Origin: Octopus sinensis
Lineage: Eukaryota
Assembly (NCBI RefSeq): GCF_006345805.1
Contig: NC_043004.1
Span: 17,050,001 to 17,114,000, forward strand
Direction of reading: 5' to 3'
Length of the DNA stretch: 64,000 nucleotides
The notes under the pieces were generated by a model. The model worked only from the letters and a program-made list of their open reading frames with translations. It was not told the DNA's origin and did not search any database. Positions 39,284 through 51,194 of this stretch are shown here, in pieces. Positions within the stretch are counted from its first letter, which is position 1; every line of letters begins with the position of its first letter. Made by a program: the position numbers and the translations under genes.

Positions 39284-39500
39284 AATATTGGTTTTAAATT
39301 TTGGTACAAGGCCAGCAATTTTGAAGCAGGGGCAAGTTGATAACATACACCCCAGTTCTCAACTGGTACTTATTTTATCGACCCCAAAGGGATGAAAGGC
39401 AAAGTCAACATCGGCGGAGTTTGAACTTAGAATGTAAAGACGGACGAAATGCCGCTAAACATTTCGCCCGACGAACTAAAGATTCTGCCAGCTCGCCACC
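39284..39500 (-). mobile_element. Nin/Deu-like SINE, full length
   Basis: Colinear with 37698-37912. Confidence 0.9.
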
Positions 39501-39974
39501 TTACAGAGCCTCCAACGTAGCTGGTAGGGAAGAACTGCATTCTGCTTGGTCTGCCTAAAGTGCCGGGTGATGGCGGTAATTCGGGAGGTGGATTATGAAT
39601 ATCATGAAAGTAGGCCACAGTGGGAATTTAACTTAGCACGCAAAGAGCTGAAACAAACAAAGCAATGCATTGTATATGAACCTCTAACATTCTCGCTAGG
39701 AGGATAAAAGGTAACACCGACCACGTTAGTATTTGAGCTCTGGACACAAGGGGCCGCAGTACACGCGGCAATGCATTTCACCTGATGCTCTAACAACCCT
39801 TCCAAACTCATCAGTTTAATCGAAATAAGCAGGAATACCTAGTGCATGTTTTCGGAAATCAAGAGAAAGTTGGGGAGGGGAATCCTTGCTACATAGCTGA
39901 GTGGAATATAAGATATTACAGAGTTTAATAGGGGAAGAACAATTAACTGCACTAATAGAGACATAAATACATAC

Positions 39975-40016
39975 TTAGAAGCATATGTACTTAGATAAAT
40001 AATCAGATATAGATAA

Positions 40017-40075
<59 letters not shown>

Positions 40076-40787
40076 TACACACATACATACATGCATACAT
40101 ACATACATACATACATACATACATACATACATACATACATACATACATACATACATACATGAGTGTGTATGTATATTATGTATGAATGTGTGCATGTGTA
40201 TGATTGGGGGTCTTGAAAGCCTGTAAGGAATCACGATATATGTTTACAAAATTAGATTATATAAAATCAAAATTAATATAAATTCTTGGTTTATGTAATC
40301 ACTTATGCTCTTCCCCATTCACTAAATATGGAGACATTTTGCTTATGATAATAATCGGTTGTTTTTTTTCTTTCAAGCCATATTTGATCCTATTTCAGCG
40401 TTTTAATACCCCTAAACATTAAAAACGCTTTCAGCCACTTAACTTTTATAAAACAGATTTGTGAAACGCTTTCTGATTCTCCCTGATAATATTTCATCTA
40501 TTATTTTTCTATTATATTTCTACAGATATTGTCAGCAAATTCATGGAGAAATTTTGTTTGTTTTTTCCGATGTTTTGTTTGTTTTTCGATATATATTGTT
40601 TTACATTGCTTTGCTTTTTAAGATATGCTCGTGTGTTCAAATGATTTCTGCACGAAACATCGTTATAGAGATGTATTGAGTGCTGACTGGAGAGAGTCGT
40701 ATAATTTTCAGAAATGTATTATAGTTTACGACGTAGGAGACCACACACACTCACACACACGCACACATACATACATACATACATACA

Positions 40788-40856
<69 letters not shown>

Positions 40857-40940
40857 TACACATACATACACAAAAATATATTTATGAATATATATATATA
40901 TATATTATATATATATATATGCATACATACATGCATATAT

Positions 40941-40972
<32 letters not shown>

Positions 40973-40993
40973 ATATAGACACGTGAGCACATG

Positions 40994-41027
<34 letters not shown>

Positions 41028-41140
41028 ATATGCATGTATATCTATATATATATATATGTATATATAAACCTATATATACATATGAATGCGTGTGATGTAT
41101 GTGTATATATATGTGTGTGTGTCTGTGTATATGTATGTGT

Positions 41141-41190
<50 letters not shown>
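39975..41190. repeat. (GATA)n, (TACA)n and (TA)n microsatellites
   Basis: Directly visible, with a unique interval at ~40200-40740. Confidence 0.9.
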
Positions 41191-42152
41191 CGAGCACTAT
41201 TTGAGTGATCGTACATATACGAACACTCCTTGTATCAGCGAAAAAAATACAAAAACACGAACTGGTTCTCAATAAGTATAAACTCTACATCATGTTTTGG
41301 GTGATCTTGTAAAAACATATACGTGATATGGAAGACAAGACGTGAAAAAAAATGCTGTAACATCGCCTACTGAACATATGTGTGTATACGCGTTTGTATG
41401 ATATATGGCTATATATGCATGCATATTATATATGTGTCTCTTTATGTGTAAGTGTGTATGATGCAACAGATAATGCTTCAGTTATGCAACATTATTTATA
41501 TAACATTATCAATTCTGTCAATTGGTACAGGAAGGCTATCAGTGAAATATAAAACAGTGTGTTAGAAAAGTGATTACATACCAAATATAAGATGATAATA
41601 TTTGTGAAGCAGTCGTCTTATTGTGACCGATGTGATATCCACTCGCTGTGACCAGCTTCCTTAAATACAGCACAACGATAATCACAACTTATCAAGGACA
41701 TTATACCCTTGTTCGCAACCCGGATGTTCTCAAAGTTTCTCGTCTCATAATTTCATACGAGCACATTTTTCTTTAGTCTTTCTAATCTTTTAGTATTTTT
41801 CGTAAGTCTTTTCGAGAGAGAGAGAGAGTAACAAAAAAAGAGCGAGGTGGGGGGAATAAAGGATGAAATTCGGGTAAAGAAGTAACGATTTACCTGCATA
41901 ATTGGAATTTTTCGTTCAATTCATGTATTTAGTAAAATATTTAGAGGCTGTACCCTTTTAACCACAACGGACACGTAAAATTTCATATGACAACAAAATT
42001 GGTTTGGAGCCCTTTGTGTCGTAAATAAATAAAAGGAAAAGATATAAGAGTGCTTAGCCCCTCCATCATTATTGCGAATGATGGAACCGCCCCCTGTCAT
42101 TGTCGGCAGTGCCAGGGGCTTCGGTTCAGTCTTACTAAGCTCGCTCGTTTTC

Positions 42153-42204
<52 letters not shown>

Positions 42205-42321
42205 ATGTGTGTGTGTGTGTATGCTTGCCTATTACAGTGTTTCTATATGAATTCCTGTTAATGTTTGTACTTGTGTATGCATTTGTGTCTATAGCTGGAC
42301 GTGTGTGTAATTTGTATGCTT

Positions 42322-42379
<58 letters not shown>

Positions 42380-42494
42380 CTGTTTATATTTTCTCTATGT
42401 GTTTTCTTTGTCTTTTACATTGACGACGATTCAAGCCTACAGAAGTGTTAATACCACATTTTGTAGATTAAATAATACAAATTCCAGAACAGGA

Positions 42495-42495
42495 A

Positions 42496-42573
<78 letters not shown>

Positions 42574-42577
42574 AATG

Positions 42578-42632
<55 letters not shown>

Positions 42633-42649
42633 CGATGATGATGATGATG

Positions 42650-42685
<36 letters not shown>

Positions 42686-42750
42686 GTGATGGTGATGATA
42701 ATGATGATGGTAGTGGTGGTGGTCTGGTGGTCGTGGTGGTGGTGGTGAGA
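42495..42750. repeat. Compound (TAA)n/(TGA)n/(TGG)n repeat
   Basis: Directly visible. Confidence 0.95.
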
Positions 42751-43502
42751 GTTATAAGTAGGGAGGAAGAAAGCGATGGTGGTAGTCGTAAGAGAACAAA
42801 CTTACATCGTTTTAACATTTATAATGATAATTGCTTTTTTTTTTTGTCTTGTTCGGTTATTTTTGTCTCCCACATTATTTATTGCTAATGATGTTTAAAT
42901 ATATGTTGCATATTTAGACTAAATAATACGGGTCGGCTCTGGCTGTACAATAGAGATGTTGTTGTAAAGACCTTCTCTTGAAATTCTAAAATATGAGTAA
43001 GATTAAATGGATTGTTGAAGAAGTCACTGTGACCTGCAATATAATAATGTTGAAATTGAGATGCCAAATGAATCAACTCTATATCAAAATTATCATTTCA
43101 AATTAACCATTTCATGAATATCGCAGGTAAATAGGACAAAGGCTTCAATCCAGTTTCTTTGTTGTTGCTGTTGTTGTTGCCGTTGTTTTCTAACGCTAAA
43201 TAGGAAGATGAATTCTCCATCCAAACAGAGCGCTAGTCAATTGCAGTCTTTCACAGGTGTTCTTTTAACGACTTTTTTAAAACCAGGCAGGCCGTGTTAC
43301 GCATTGGCCAAACGTCATATACTATATTTCGGTTGAATATGAGACGTTATGGTACAGCCGTTTTGGAGCCGCCCATTTGGCGACTCTGATACGTCGCTAG
43401 CTCATTTAAAATCATATAATGTTTACCTTGTTCTCTCTCTCTCTTTCTCTCTCTTTCTATCCATCTCTCTTTCTATCCATCTATCTATCTATATCTCTCT
43501 TT

Positions 43503-43560
<58 letters not shown>

Positions 43561-44265
43561 CCTCTTTCTTTCTTTCTTCCTTTCTAATCTGTTTATGCAT
43601 GTGAGCTTTTAGTTATGTTTCTATATATGATGTCCCTCTCCCACTCGTTCTAACTAAATGCGTATATTTCTGTGCCCGCTCGCGCGCCTGCATGTGCCTT
43701 TGTCTCTAGTGCCAAAATGTACTGCGAGTGAGTCCAGCCAACTGCGCCAAATAGTTAGCGCCCAGTTGTCTCATTCAGATTTCGGGTTGGCCCAAGTCTT
43801 GTGAAACAATGTAGGTGGAAACTGTGCACAAGCTCGCTGGTCACTGGACGGACAGCACCTGATGAATCTTGTTTTCCCCATTCCCATATTTTATTTATTT
43901 TCTCTAATTTTGACATGTCATAAGTGTTCAGTTCTCACTTCACTAACAAAACTATAAAAAAAAACACTCTTTGCAGGGACTCAGCTAACAACCATTAGTA
44001 GATTTCAACTACAATGAACTAATAGAATGTACGATATACATTTTCACATCTATATTTGTTTTCATTGTCTTATTGTAACTAACTTTGCTTCAGTTAATCA
44101 AGCAGTTGATGAATTCTTTCTGTACCATGTAAGGCTGTGGGAAACGATCTTCACCTAATGGCTGCCTGCGTTCAGAGCCAAAACGGAAGATTTCCCGTAG
44201 CAACCTCTTTCCCTGTCGCCACTAGACTTACGTAGAAAGTTTGCCGGTGTTTTGATTTACTAAAC

Positions 44266-44794
44266 GATTAGATCGACCCCAGTGTTCAACTGGTACTTAA
44301 TTTATCGACCCCGAAGGAATGAAAGGCAAAGTCGACCTCGGCGGAATTTGAACTCAGAACGCAAAGACAGACGAAATACCTATTTCTTTACTACCCACAA
44401 GAGGCTAAACACAGAGAGGACAAACAAGGACTAGCAAAGGGATTAAGTCGATTACATCGTTCCCAGTGCGTAACTGGTACTTAATTTATCGACCCCGAAA
44501 GGATGAAAGGCAAAGTCGACATCGGTGGAATTTGAACTCAGAACGTAACGGCAGACGAAATACCTATTTCTTTACTACCCACAAGGGGTTAAACACAGAG
44601 AGGACAAACAAGGACAGACAAACGGATTAAGTCGATTATATCGACCCCAGTGCGTAACTGGTACTTATTTAATCGACATCGAAAGTATGAAAGGCAAAGT
44701 CGACCTCGGTGGAATTTGAACTCAGAACGTAACGGCAGACGAAATACCGCTAAGCATTTTGTCTGGATGCTAACGCTTTTACCAGCTCGCCGCC
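44266..44794 (-). mobile_element. Nin/Deu-like SINE with a 184-bp body repeated in tandem (about 2.6 units behind one head)
   Basis: GACGAAATACC at 44370, 44554 and 44738; the head CCAGCTCGCCGCC occurs only at 44782-44794. Confidence 0.9.
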
Positions 44795-44977
44795 ATGATA
44801 ATAACTTAATATATTAAGTTTGATTGTGAAATATCGAATCGCTTGAAAAGCGAAGCAGGATGTTCTCTTTAGAGTTTAAAATTCCGATTTGTCTATTACG
44901 AAAATACCTAAACTCAGTGAAAATAAATATTTCCAGATATTTATTGCTGTGAGTTATTCAACTTTTATATCTATCTA

Positions 44978-45010
<33 letters not shown>

Positions 45011-45276
45011 TTTTTTTTTTTCATCTTTTCTTGAGGGACCACTTACCCGCAATTACATAGAAATCTCGATTTATCTACTGGCTTCAAGAGATCGAAAGTA
45101 TCTTTATTTTAGTAGAAAGTATTCTCAAATATTTTATCGGAGATCGGAGCAGTGCACAATACCGAATTCTTTTTAAAAGATCAAAAATATGTCTAACACG
45201 AAATTCTATAATCTATTAAACTATTTATAACATATTTCATTCACGCACCATCATGACGTCAGTGTATATATATATA

Positions 45277-45331
<55 letters not shown>

Positions 45332-46399
45332 AGAGAGAGAGTTCAGATATGACTTTATGACTTTGATAATTCACATTGCCGTGGGGAATATCTAACGTTT
45401 CGAGCCTTGAACTTGTCTAACAGTGAGAAAGATAAAGAAACCGATTTTGTCGTTTTGGTTGTCGGCAACAAATATTCGTTATGATGTTTGAAATTTTTGT
45501 ATGAGAGAAAGCAAGCACGAAATCAACTACGCGAAGATAACTATTTCAGTTCATATTGCAATATGAACTAATAAAGGTGAAGATTTGTGCCCTCGCATTT
45601 AACCTTAAAGGTTATAGAATTCTAAGTACAAACAGTGATATTGTCTTCACAATAGTTATACAATACAATTTTGTCAAAGAATAGAAAATAAGATTACTTT
45701 AGTATTATTTTATGATGTTCAGTAGAAAAGTAAAGAGAAGCAAAAGTCTTGCAAACAAACTGACGCAGCCGTTTGCACTTTTTAAAAAGAGGAATTTTCA
45801 CTGGAAAATACACATTGCGACATAACACTCACAAAAAGTACTAGCTAAAATTCTAACAGAGAGAATCACAATAACAACAATTATTTATCTTTTGCTTCTG
45901 TCACAAAACAACAGAAAAATTTTGTATAGAGACAGAGTTCAGTTCTAGTTTGTTGTGGTAAAATGGTGTCTGTATCCTTACCCGAAGTACTTGTTCAAGA
46001 GCCGACAAAGAATAAACTAGCTAATTTCTTTTTCTTTACAAAGTAAACGAAAGTTTCTCTTTATCCTCAGAATATTGACTTACAGGATTTTATGACTGGC
46101 TTATGACCTAGCAACTTACCTATCGACATGACAATGCTTACGATACTTTCGCGAACATACATTAGTACATGGTCCATGTAACACAAAAGTGACGGTCGAA
46201 AATTTTTGACAAAGACGCTGATCTCATCACTCATTGTCACCTTTATAGAGTAATATTGACGGGAGGGATGCTTAGAAATGACAAAGAACTACATGTAGTT
46301 GAGAGAGACCAGCATGCACTTACAATTCCTTATGATCGTTAAGACGACGGTGTCATTCCATATCTGTGTATCATCGTAGACAAAGAATCGGAATCGTTG

Positions 46400-47000
46400 A
46401 CTATTTGCTTTGGCTGTATATACTCAGTCTCAAGCCACTACTGCGGAAACTGGAGGTGTTCAAAGAGGGACTCAAAGGAATTATGTCGGCATAAGCTGAT
46501 GATGTCACTGTAATGGTATCAGACACCATGATATTTGAAGTGATCGGTGCCGTTGTAAAGGAAAATGAGATAAGGACAATACCAAAACAAAACCCGGACA
46601 AGACATTCGGCTTGCAGTTCAGTACCTGGAAAAGAATTTCCATTATTCCTGAAGTGTTGGACTGACAGACAGGATAAGTTCTTTGGGTATGGATCCGGTT
46701 GAAACTTTCAAGAAGTTAGGAACTGAGACAAATTCACGAATAGGGTAGCCAATCTTACCCAGAAACAGAGAGAGAGGAAGCTATCCATAAAGGGTCAAGC
46801 AGAGATGTATATATCACAGTCGTTATTTATTACAGCGTCACCTAGTTTTTGTCTAACCAGATGTGAGCATATAACATTTCATTTCTTGTAAAAGAGACGT
46901 GTCTCACTTGTCAAGCGGTCCGTTTGCAGCCAACACCACTCACACGGAAAACTCAGTATGGCATAGGTATTGATGTTCAGACATGTTGTAAGTGTGCAGC
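46400..47000 (+). pseudogene. L1/Tx1-clade reverse transcriptase remnant
   Basis: LYILSLKPLLRKL...SA*ADDVTVMVSD (YADD), RVANLTQKQRERKLSIKGQAE, FHFL*KRRVSLVKRSVCSQH; multiple stops. Confidence 0.65.
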
Positions 47001-47559
47001 ATCACTTGCCTCATCGGCGAGACCTTCACTCAGAAAGTATGATGTGATTGGAACTTGCTCGTTACTAGTAAATTAGTTGAACGTTGGATAAGAGTAAAGA
47101 ATATGGTACACGCGAATGGACTTTCCATGGGTGTACACCTCCAGATCTAGAAACGACAGATGAAACAAAGCACTTACCTCTGGACGTGAAGCTGATGCAG
47201 GTTTTGTTGGGGTGTGGTCTTGATTGTCCCTAAACAATAGTCTTCAGTATTGTGCTAAATCTCTTTGTTTTCGGAAATTATGTTCGCCTTTCCATCTCAT
47301 ATGTTTTTAACGTGTTTGACTGAGCCTCTGCCGATTCTGAGCCCACCCAGAGGTGCAGCTACACTGGGTAATTAATCATCGCAAATTTGGTGGCTTTGCT
47401 GGAGATGAGGGGGGGGAATGTTAGAAAATCGATAAAGACCACCATGAAAGCTAACCTTCACCAACAAAATGAAATGAATAATCAGTGAATAATAAGTTTT
47501 CAAATTTCCTAGCGATCGGGAAAATGTGACTGGCAATTAGTTAACATCTCAATTTTCAC

Positions 47560-48215
47560 TCGTATCTCAAAACACAAAAGCATGAAGTTTCGCTTAAGAA
47601 AATCTTTGTATCTTAGATCATTCGTACCTCAAGTTAGGGCTAAAAGAAAAGGTTGCTGTCAATTTAAATGTGGAAACCCGCAAGGAATAGTTTTATTGAG
47701 TTTCCACTGATTGATTGGTAATTTTGATAAACTCGAATCAAGGTTTCTTGCACCAAAAGGATCACTCTGATAACCCTATGCTCTTGCTATGTAGATAGCA
47801 AATCATTCGATCTTAGGCTGAATGCTAACAAATAAACGTTTTTTTATGGAAATCCCTTGAGGACGGGGGTCAACTTACCCATTTTTCATTTTTTTCTTAC
47901 TTGAATAAAACATCGTGGGCTCTCGCTAGATAACTTAAATCAACCGTAAGCATAAAAGTAAAGCCCTTCCTAAATAGATTCATTGAATGGATATGCCCAT
48001 AACTTATGGGTATAAGGGGTCGGTTTATTGATTTTTCTAATGGCTTTCTGGGGTGACTAGGGAAATGAAAAGATCTTCACGACCACCCTCAGACAGTTTT
48101 GAAATCCCATAGAAAATGCGAGCCTTTTACGTGAAAATCTGTGGATTTGTATAAAGGACACACAGACACACAGACAGATACACAGACATTTTTCCGTTGA
48201 TAGCTATAGAGATAA
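47560..48215 (+). mobile_element. Possible non-autonomous Helentron/HINE-like element
   Basis: Ends GTGAAAATCTGTGGATTTG...GACACACAGACACACAGACAGA...CTATAG, resembling DINE-1-like 3' ends from memory; boundaries uncertain. Confidence 0.3.
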
Positions 48216-48551
48216 CCTTATTACTCGTTCTTTTTGTTAGTCCTTTTCTACATGATATATGTTTGCACATTCTCTTATATCTTATATCTTGTTTGCTATA
48301 TTGACCCTTTTTTCTTTGGGCTTTAGTGATTTAATAAAGAAACCAGAGCTCAAATCCGATTGAGTTTCACCTTTTCGGGTGCGATAAAAGAAGTCTCAGT
48401 CACGCATTGTGGCGGGGGCGGCGATATCGATGCAATCGACTAAGCTTCTACCCTGAAATTGATGAACTTAGGTCAAAATATGAAACCATTATTGTTGTTG
48501 ATGCTTTTGTTTTTGTTGTTGTTGTTGCTGTCGTCATCGTCATCATTATAA

Positions 48552-48630
<79 letters not shown>

Positions 48631-48631
<1 letters not shown>

Positions 48632-49232
48632 TTCATTAGCACCTTCTTTCAATTATGTTTCCATTTCTTGCTGAGTGTCTTCCTGACACCTAGGGCAGAA
48701 AAATGTACTGTATACATCGGTAGGCCATTAAAATAAATACACTGGGTTGCTCATTTACAAAGACGTGTGAGAGAGAAATAGGGAAGACAGAGGGGAAAAG
48801 GAAAAGATTTTTAAATAACAAATAAACAAATAAAATAAATGGGAAAAGGAAAGAAATTTCACTGTGATAATGCTCTTCTCAAAACGTTTGGCGTACCAGT
48901 TAAGACAATCTTTTGCACTTCCTGCATGGATGGTAAACCAGGGATCACTCTAAAATAATTTTCAGTTCTTTATTTTATCATTTCAAGTGCTCTTACAATC
49001 ACTGGTATAGTAACCGTCTTGAGATGCCACATCTTTTCGAGTTCAATTAGCAAATCTTTATATTTTCTGAGCTTATCAAATTCTTTTGCCGAGATATTTT
49101 GGTCACAGAGTATGCTCATGTCAATCAATAAACAGACTTTGTTCTTTTGGTCTTTCAAAACAATATCTGGTTTATTTGCTTTGATGGTCCGGTTTGTAGA
49201 TACTAGGACATCTAAAAGGATAGTTACATTTT
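48631..49232 (-). mobile_element. R4-clade LINE 3' end (RLE + 3' UTR) ending in (AAT)n
   Basis: MKDQKNKVCLLIDMSILCDQNISAKEFDKLRKYKDL; 3' UTR homologous to the full copy; (ATT)n at ~48554-48631. Confidence 0.9.
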
Positions 49233-49370
49233 CGGCAAAAGAGACCGATAGAATAAGTACTAAGCTTACAAATAATAAGTCCTGGGGTAGATTTGCTCGA
49301 CGAAAGGCGGTGCTCCAGCATGGCCGCAGTCAAATGACTGAAACAAGTATAAGAGTAAAAGAATAAAAGA
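49231..49370 (+). mobile_element. CORE-type SINE 3' fragment between two LINE pieces
   Basis: TTCGGCAAAAGAGACCGATAGAATAAGTAC...GACTGAAACAAG. Confidence 0.9.
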
Positions 49371-49371
49371 A

Positions 49372-51128
49372 TTCCTTTTTTATCATTCCAAGTTCTCCTA
49401 CAATCACTAGTATAGTAACCATCTTGAGATGCCACATTTTTCTGATTTCAACAGCAAATCTTTATATTTTTTTAGTTTGTCAAGTTCTTCTACCGAGATT
49501 TTATGATCACAAGATATGCTCATGTCAATCAATAAACTGACTTTATTATTTTAGGTGTTTCAAAACAATATCTGGTTTATTTGCTTTGGTGGTCTGGTCT
49601 GTATGTATCTGAAAGTCCCAAAGAATCGTTGCATTTTCTCCCTCAGTTACAGCTTCAGAATGGTGCTTGTACCATTTGTCAGCAGTTTTGATTATATAAT
49701 GCCGACATATTAACCAGTGTAGATATTGACCAACTCTGTCATGTCTTGATTTAAACTCTATAAGTGCAAAAACTTTACAATCAGAAATTAGGTGATCCAC
49801 TGTTTCAATCTCATCCTTGCAGTATCGGCACTTTGGGTCTACTCACATTGGCTTCGTAGTTATGGGTCAGTGAGCTCTGATCTCGAGCAGCTACGATAAA
49901 GCCTTCGCTCCTTGCCTTTACCCTTGAGCTCCGTAGCCACTGATGGATGTGCTTTTAGTCTGCATCAGCTAGAAGCTACATATTTGCCATGTAGATGTTT
50001 TTGTTCCCACTTATTAGCCAATTGCTCAAACGCTTTGTCTTTTGCCATTGATTTCCCCTTCTTTGAAAAAAGACAGTTGCCGTACTTGCAACATGCTGTT
50101 CAACCTGGGTATTGTGCATGAACTCACTAGTAAATTTTTTGCTTTCCCTCAAAACAGAATGAAGCTCCTTACGTCTCTCGCGATTTTCAACAAGTTTTAG
50201 TATGCAGTTGAAACATAGATGTTTCAAAATATTTAGGCAGTTGTGGTGGTTTTGTAAAAGATTTCAAATTTTATCAAGCCTCGACATTCTTGGGCACTTG
50301 GAAGGTAAAGACGATCTGCGTCTGCCTTTGGGTAGTGCATCTTATTGCAAGTCAGCAGCTTACGGATTTTCCTGTCAATTTTCCTTATTTCGCTGGTATT
50401 CTAGTTCCACACATTGAAACAATGGATAACATCTGGAACTGCTAAGGAACCTATGGCTAACACCTTGTTACGTGCATTTCACTCAAATTTCAGGACTCTT
50501 CGAACTCCCTTATAACATTCCTTCTTGATCTCTTTCATGCTTGCATGCTGAATGCCAGAGCCCTCATTTATTCTGAGGTATTTGTAAGTTTGTCCCCGCT
50601 TAAGTCATTTTATAACTGTGTCAACATGTAACACCACTAAATGTGAGGTCTTCAATTTCCCTTTCTGGAAAGTGGTCTTCTCACATTTATCAAGACGAAA
50701 TTTCATCCCGATGTCATCACTGAATGCTTTCACAATACGTAAGAGGCCTTCAAGCTCATTATTGTGTTTGCTCCGGGGTTTTAAATAATCCATATGAAAT
50801 AGACGACTTATGTTCTTCTTGTCAGTTTTGTACCCATACTCCAATTCTGTTAAGTTCACTTGTCAGGGTATTAAGGCTATGCAAAAATTATAAGTGAAAG
50901 TGAGTCACCATAGAAAATGCCAGAGTTGATATTAATAATATTGTTTGAAGTCAGTACTCCATTAGATTGGTATAATTGGAAATTCGTATTCGACATTGAC
51001 ATATGCTTCAGGGAGTTTGAAATTATAGGAAAAATTTTGAAGTTATCCACTGATTTCAAAATCCATGAACACGGTATGCTGTCAAAGGCCTTTTTAATAA
51101 TCAATTCATGCGGAACTGAGATTTCTGC
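49372..51128 (-). mobile_element. Decayed 5'-truncated R4-clade LINE (RT to RLE)
   Basis: KKAFDSIPCSWI, GIFYGDSLS, ISRLFHMD, DHLISDC (CCHC), RHDRVG, ANKPDIV. Confidence 0.9.
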
Positions 51129-51160
51129 ATTTATCGTCATCATCATAATTATTATTATTC

Positions 51161-51193
<33 letters not shown>

Positions 51194-51194
<1 letters not shown>

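Noticed and set aside
43300-43870. GC-richer patch with recurring GCCAAA/TTTGG words
   Set aside because: Possibly a decayed DNA element, but no definable termini, ORF or period.
47180-47231. Minus-strand exon-like 52 bp ending GAG|GTAAGT
   Set aside because: Isolated, next to a decayed LINE, and with no partner exons; it shows how often such signals occur by chance.
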